This document shows positions 61,252 to 64,000 of a stretch of 64,000 nt of DNA, piece by piece. Under the pieces are notes generated by a model. It did no database searches, had not been told where the DNA came from, and saw only the letters and a program-made list of their open reading frames with translations. Positions within the stretch are counted from its first letter, which is position 1. Each line of letters starts with the position of its first letter. The translations under genes and the position numbers were made by a program. Source of the stretch: an uncultured Candidatus Rokubacteria bacterium (GTDB taxonomy: Bacteria > Methylomirabilota > Methylomirabilia > Rokubacteriales > CSP1-6); contig CAVVEU010000033.1 of assembly GCA_963747235.1 (NCBI GenBank), positions 160,001 through 224,000 on the forward strand, written 5' to 3'.

Positions 61252-62537
61252 GCGAGCCCGCTCCCTCCGCGCCCGCGCTGCCGGTGCGCTGGCGCCTGCT
61301 GACGATCCTCACCGTGTCCTATGGCGCGGGCGCCTTCGGCATGCTCGGCATCTCGCCGCTGTCGCCGAGCCTGGTGGAGGGGCTCGGGCTCACGCGCTTC
61401 CAGGTCGCGTTCCTCATCCCGTCCATCTATCTCTCCGGGCTCCTCTTCTCGCTGCCCGGCGGCCGCCTCGCCGATCGGCTCGGCGTGCGTCCGTCGTTCC
61501 TGGGCGGCCTCGCGGTGGCCGCGATCGGGCTGCTCGCCGCCGCGCTCGCGCCCGGCTTCCTCGCCTTCCTCGTCTGTCTCTTCGTGGCGGGCAGCGGCTG
61601 GAGCGTGGTGAACCCGGCGCTGGGCAAGGCGATCATGGACGTCTTCCCGGTGAGCGAGCGCGGCATCGCGATGGGCGTCAAGCAGATGGGGCTCACGCTG
61701 GGCGGCCTGGTCGCCGCGCTGGCCCTGCCCGCGATCGCGGCCACGCTCGGCTGGCGCTACGCGGTCGGCGCGTGCTCGGTGATCGTGGCGGTGCCGGTGG
61801 CGCTCGGCTGGCGGCCGCTCGCCGCGTTCAACGCGGGGGCGCGCGGCGCGGCGGCCACCGCGCGGCTCGGGCGACACGGCATCGAGCTGGTGGTGGGCGC
61901 GGCGGCCCGCGCTGGTCATCTTCTTCGCCACCGGCTTCGTGCTCGGCATGGTCCAGGGCGCGGTGCTGAGCTACCTGCCGCTCTTCACGATCCAGGGGCT
62001 CGGCTTCGACAAGATCGGCGCCGGCCTCCTCGTGGCCTCGTCGCAGGCGGGCGGCGCGGTCTCCCGCCTCGTCCTGGGCGCGGCCAGCGATCGCTGGGCC
62101 GCCGGCCGGCGCTCGCTCTGGCTGGCGTTCACGGGCGCCGTCGGCGCGGCCATCTTCTCCGTCTACGCGGTCTGGCCCGCCACCTCGGCCGGCCTGGCGG
62201 GGATGCTCGCCTTCGCCACCGGCGTCGGCGCCTACGGCTGGGTCGGCATCTTCTTCGTGATCAGCGTGGAGGCCGGCGGCCGGGACCAGGCCGGGCTGCT
62301 GAGCGGCGTGGCCTTCGCCGCCATCGTGCTCGGGCCTCCTCGATCGGCCCGCCCATCTTCGGCCTGCTGCTCGAGGGCTTCGACTCCTACGCGGTCGCCT
62401 GGGCCGTCTTCGCCGTCCTCTCCGGCCTCGTCGCCATCATCTCCCTCCTCGCCGGCCCCGCCATCGACCGCGAATCCGGGGTCAGGTCTTGCATTCCGAC
62501 ATCGCGCCGCGTCGAAATGTCGGAATGTAAGACCTGA
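61248..62537 (+). CDS. MFS transporter (frameshifts near 61880 and 62335)
   Basis: GRLADRLGVR motif A, FPVSERGIAMG and GAASDR; multi-TM. Confidence 0.85.
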   Translation: MSEPAPSAPALPVRWRLLTILTVSYGAGAFGMLGISPLSPSLVEGLGLTRFQVAFLIPSIYLSGLLFSLPGGRLADRLGVRPSFLGGLAVAAIGLLAAALAPGFLAFLVCLFVAGSGWSVVNPALGKAIMDVFPVSERGIAMGVKQMGLTLGGLVAALALPAIAATLGWRYAVGACSVIVAVPVALGWRPLAAFNAGARGAAATARLGRHGIELVVGAAARAGHLLRHRLRARHGPGRGAELPAALHDPGARLRQDRRRPPRGLVAGGRRGLPPRPGRGQRSLGRRPALALAGVHGRRRRGHLLRLRGLARHLGRPGGDARLRHRRRRLRLGRHLLRDQRGGRRPGPGRAAERRGLRRHRARASSIGPPIFGLLLEGFDSYAVAWAVFAVLSGLVAIISLLAGPAIDRESGVRSCIPTSRRVEMSECKT

Positions 62538-62570
62538 CCCGTGACGATGTCGTATTTCAAGACCGGACCC
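62479..62570. repeat. REP-like 24-bp inverted repeat plus a degenerate third arm
   Basis: GGGTCAGGTCTTGCATTCCGACAT (62479-62502) pairs with ATGTCGGAATGTAAGACCTGACCC (62517-62540); decayed arm at 62547-62570. Confidence 0.85.
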
Positions 62571-62615
62571 GTGGGCTATCATGCGGGGCACGTCACGCGC
62601 GAGGGAGCGCTCCCC

Positions 62616-63445
62616 ATGGGCTACGAGCAGATCCTGTACGAGGTGAAGGACCGCGTCGCCACCGTCACCCTGAACCGGCCGGACAAGCTGAACGCGTGGA
62701 CCGCGGTGATGGGGCGCGAGGTGCGGCAGGCCATGGACGAGGCCGCGCGCGACGAGGCGGTGCGCGTGATCGTGCTGACCGGCGCCGGGCCGCGGCTTCT
62801 GCGCGGGCGCCGACATGCAGATGCTCTCGGGCATCGTGGGCGCGGGCCGGCAGGAGCCCGGCGAAGCCGCGGCGGCGCGCGAGCGCCGCGGGCGACCCGG
62901 CCATCCGCCCCGACTTCCGCGGCCCCTACGCCTACTTCCCGATGGTGCCCAAGCCGATCATCGCCGCGCTGAACGGGGCCACCGCCGGGCTCGGCCTGGT
63001 GGTCTCGCTCTACTGCGATCTGCGCATCGCGGCCGACACCGCGGTCTTCACCACCGCGTTCTCGCGCCGCGGGCTCATCGCCGAGCACGGGGTGAGCTGG
63101 ATGCTGCCCCGCCTGGTGGGCCTGCAGCACGGCCTCGACCTGCTGCTCTCCGCGCGCAAGATCACCGCGGCGGAGGCGCTCGCGATGGGCCTGGTCGCCC
63201 AGGTGAAGCCGGCCGCCACGCTCCAGGAGGACGTGCGCGCCTACGCGCGCGAGCTGGCCGACCTGGTCTCCCCGCGCTCGCTCCGGGTCATGAAGCGCCA
63301 GATCTGGGAGGCGCAGTTCCAGAGCCTCGCGGAGGCCACCGCGGTGGGCGACGAGGAGATGCGGAAGAGCTTCACCACGGAGGACTTCAAGGAGGGCGTG
63401 GCCCACTTCGTGGAGAAGCGCGCGCCCCGCTTCACCGGGCGCTAG
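62616..63445 (+). CDS. Enoyl-CoA hydratase/isomerase family protein (frameshifts near 62790 and 62870)
   Basis: [31 protein letters not shown] and DFKEGV motifs. Confidence 0.9.
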
Positions 63446-63448
63446 CCG

Positions 63449-63991
63449 ATGGCCCGCCTCGAGATCCTGCCGCCGGAGGCGATCGCCGATCCCGAGCTCC
63501 GCCGCATGGCGGAGGCCTCCGGCGACGAGATGTACGGCGTCTACGGCCACTGCCCCGAGCTCTTCGCGGCCTTCCTGCGCTTCTACCGGCCCACGAAGTA
63601 CGGCGGCCGGCTGCCCTTCGCGCTGAAGGAGCTGGTGCGGCTCCGGATCGCCGCGCTCAACGAATGCGCGCGCTGAGCGACCGCGCGCGAGCCCTCGGAG
63701 AGGGCGCCGGGACTGTACCTGGAGCTGCTGCCGAAGCTCAGCGGGGAGACGGAGCCGACCGAGCGCGAGCGGGCCGCGCTGGATTTCGCTCAGAAGCTCG
63801 CGGCGAATCACACCACGATCGACGATGCGTTCATGACCGGGATGCGCAGCCACTTCACCGACGCCGAGCTGGTGGAGCTGGGGCTGATCACCGGCGCCTT
63901 CATCATGCTCGGGCGGCTTCACCGGACCTTCGGCGTGGCGCCGATGGGTCCCCGCAGCCACGCGGTCCTCGAACGGGGGTACGACGCATGA
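63449..63991 (+). CDS. AhpD-like selenoprotein, CxxU motif (Sec at TGA 63674-63676)
   Basis: LKELVRLRIAALNECAR-TGA, then an open frame to TGA 63989-63991 encoding ERERAALDFAQKLA..DDAF..HFTDAELVEL. Confidence 0.85.
63691..63705 (+). promoter_or_regulatory. Putative bacterial SECIS hairpin
   Basis: GCCCUC-GGA-GAGGGC; perfect 6-bp stem, G-first loop starting 21 nt after the UGA. Confidence 0.65.
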
Positions 63992-64000
63992 CGTCCATCC

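Overview
A very GC-rich, gene-dense bacterial chromosome segment with about 66 genes, mostly catabolic and redox enzymes. These include family-5 ABC solute-binding proteins, LLM/F420 oxidoreductases, SDRs, thiolase/DUF35 pairs, hydantoinase A/B, ComDE, enolase-superfamily proteins and a CoxMSL-type molybdoenzyme. The gene content suggests Ca. Rokubacteria (Methylomirabilota); this is inference only. Many genes are broken by single-base frameshifts, most densely at 57.7-63 kb, which I read as long-read assembly errors. No rRNA, tRNA, CRISPR array or transposase was seen. Main signals that the ORF track misses: (1) two probable selenoproteins split by in-frame UGA codons, a UGSC-family protein (47815-48342, AD-U-GSC) and an AhpD-like protein (63449-63991, CxxU), each with a SECIS-like hairpin at nearly the same spacing; the UGSC gene lies in an operon, apparently in frame with a LMW-PTP/ArsC-fold gene and followed by a conserved partner gene. 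(2) A three-copy intergenic repeat with a G-run hairpin, a parallel C-run third strand (intrastrand triplex geometry) and a second covarying hairpin; one copy is flanked by a 17-bp direct repeat. (3) BoxC-like triplex elements and a REP-like palindrome that have entered coding sequences. (4) An unannotated 57-aa lipoprotein.
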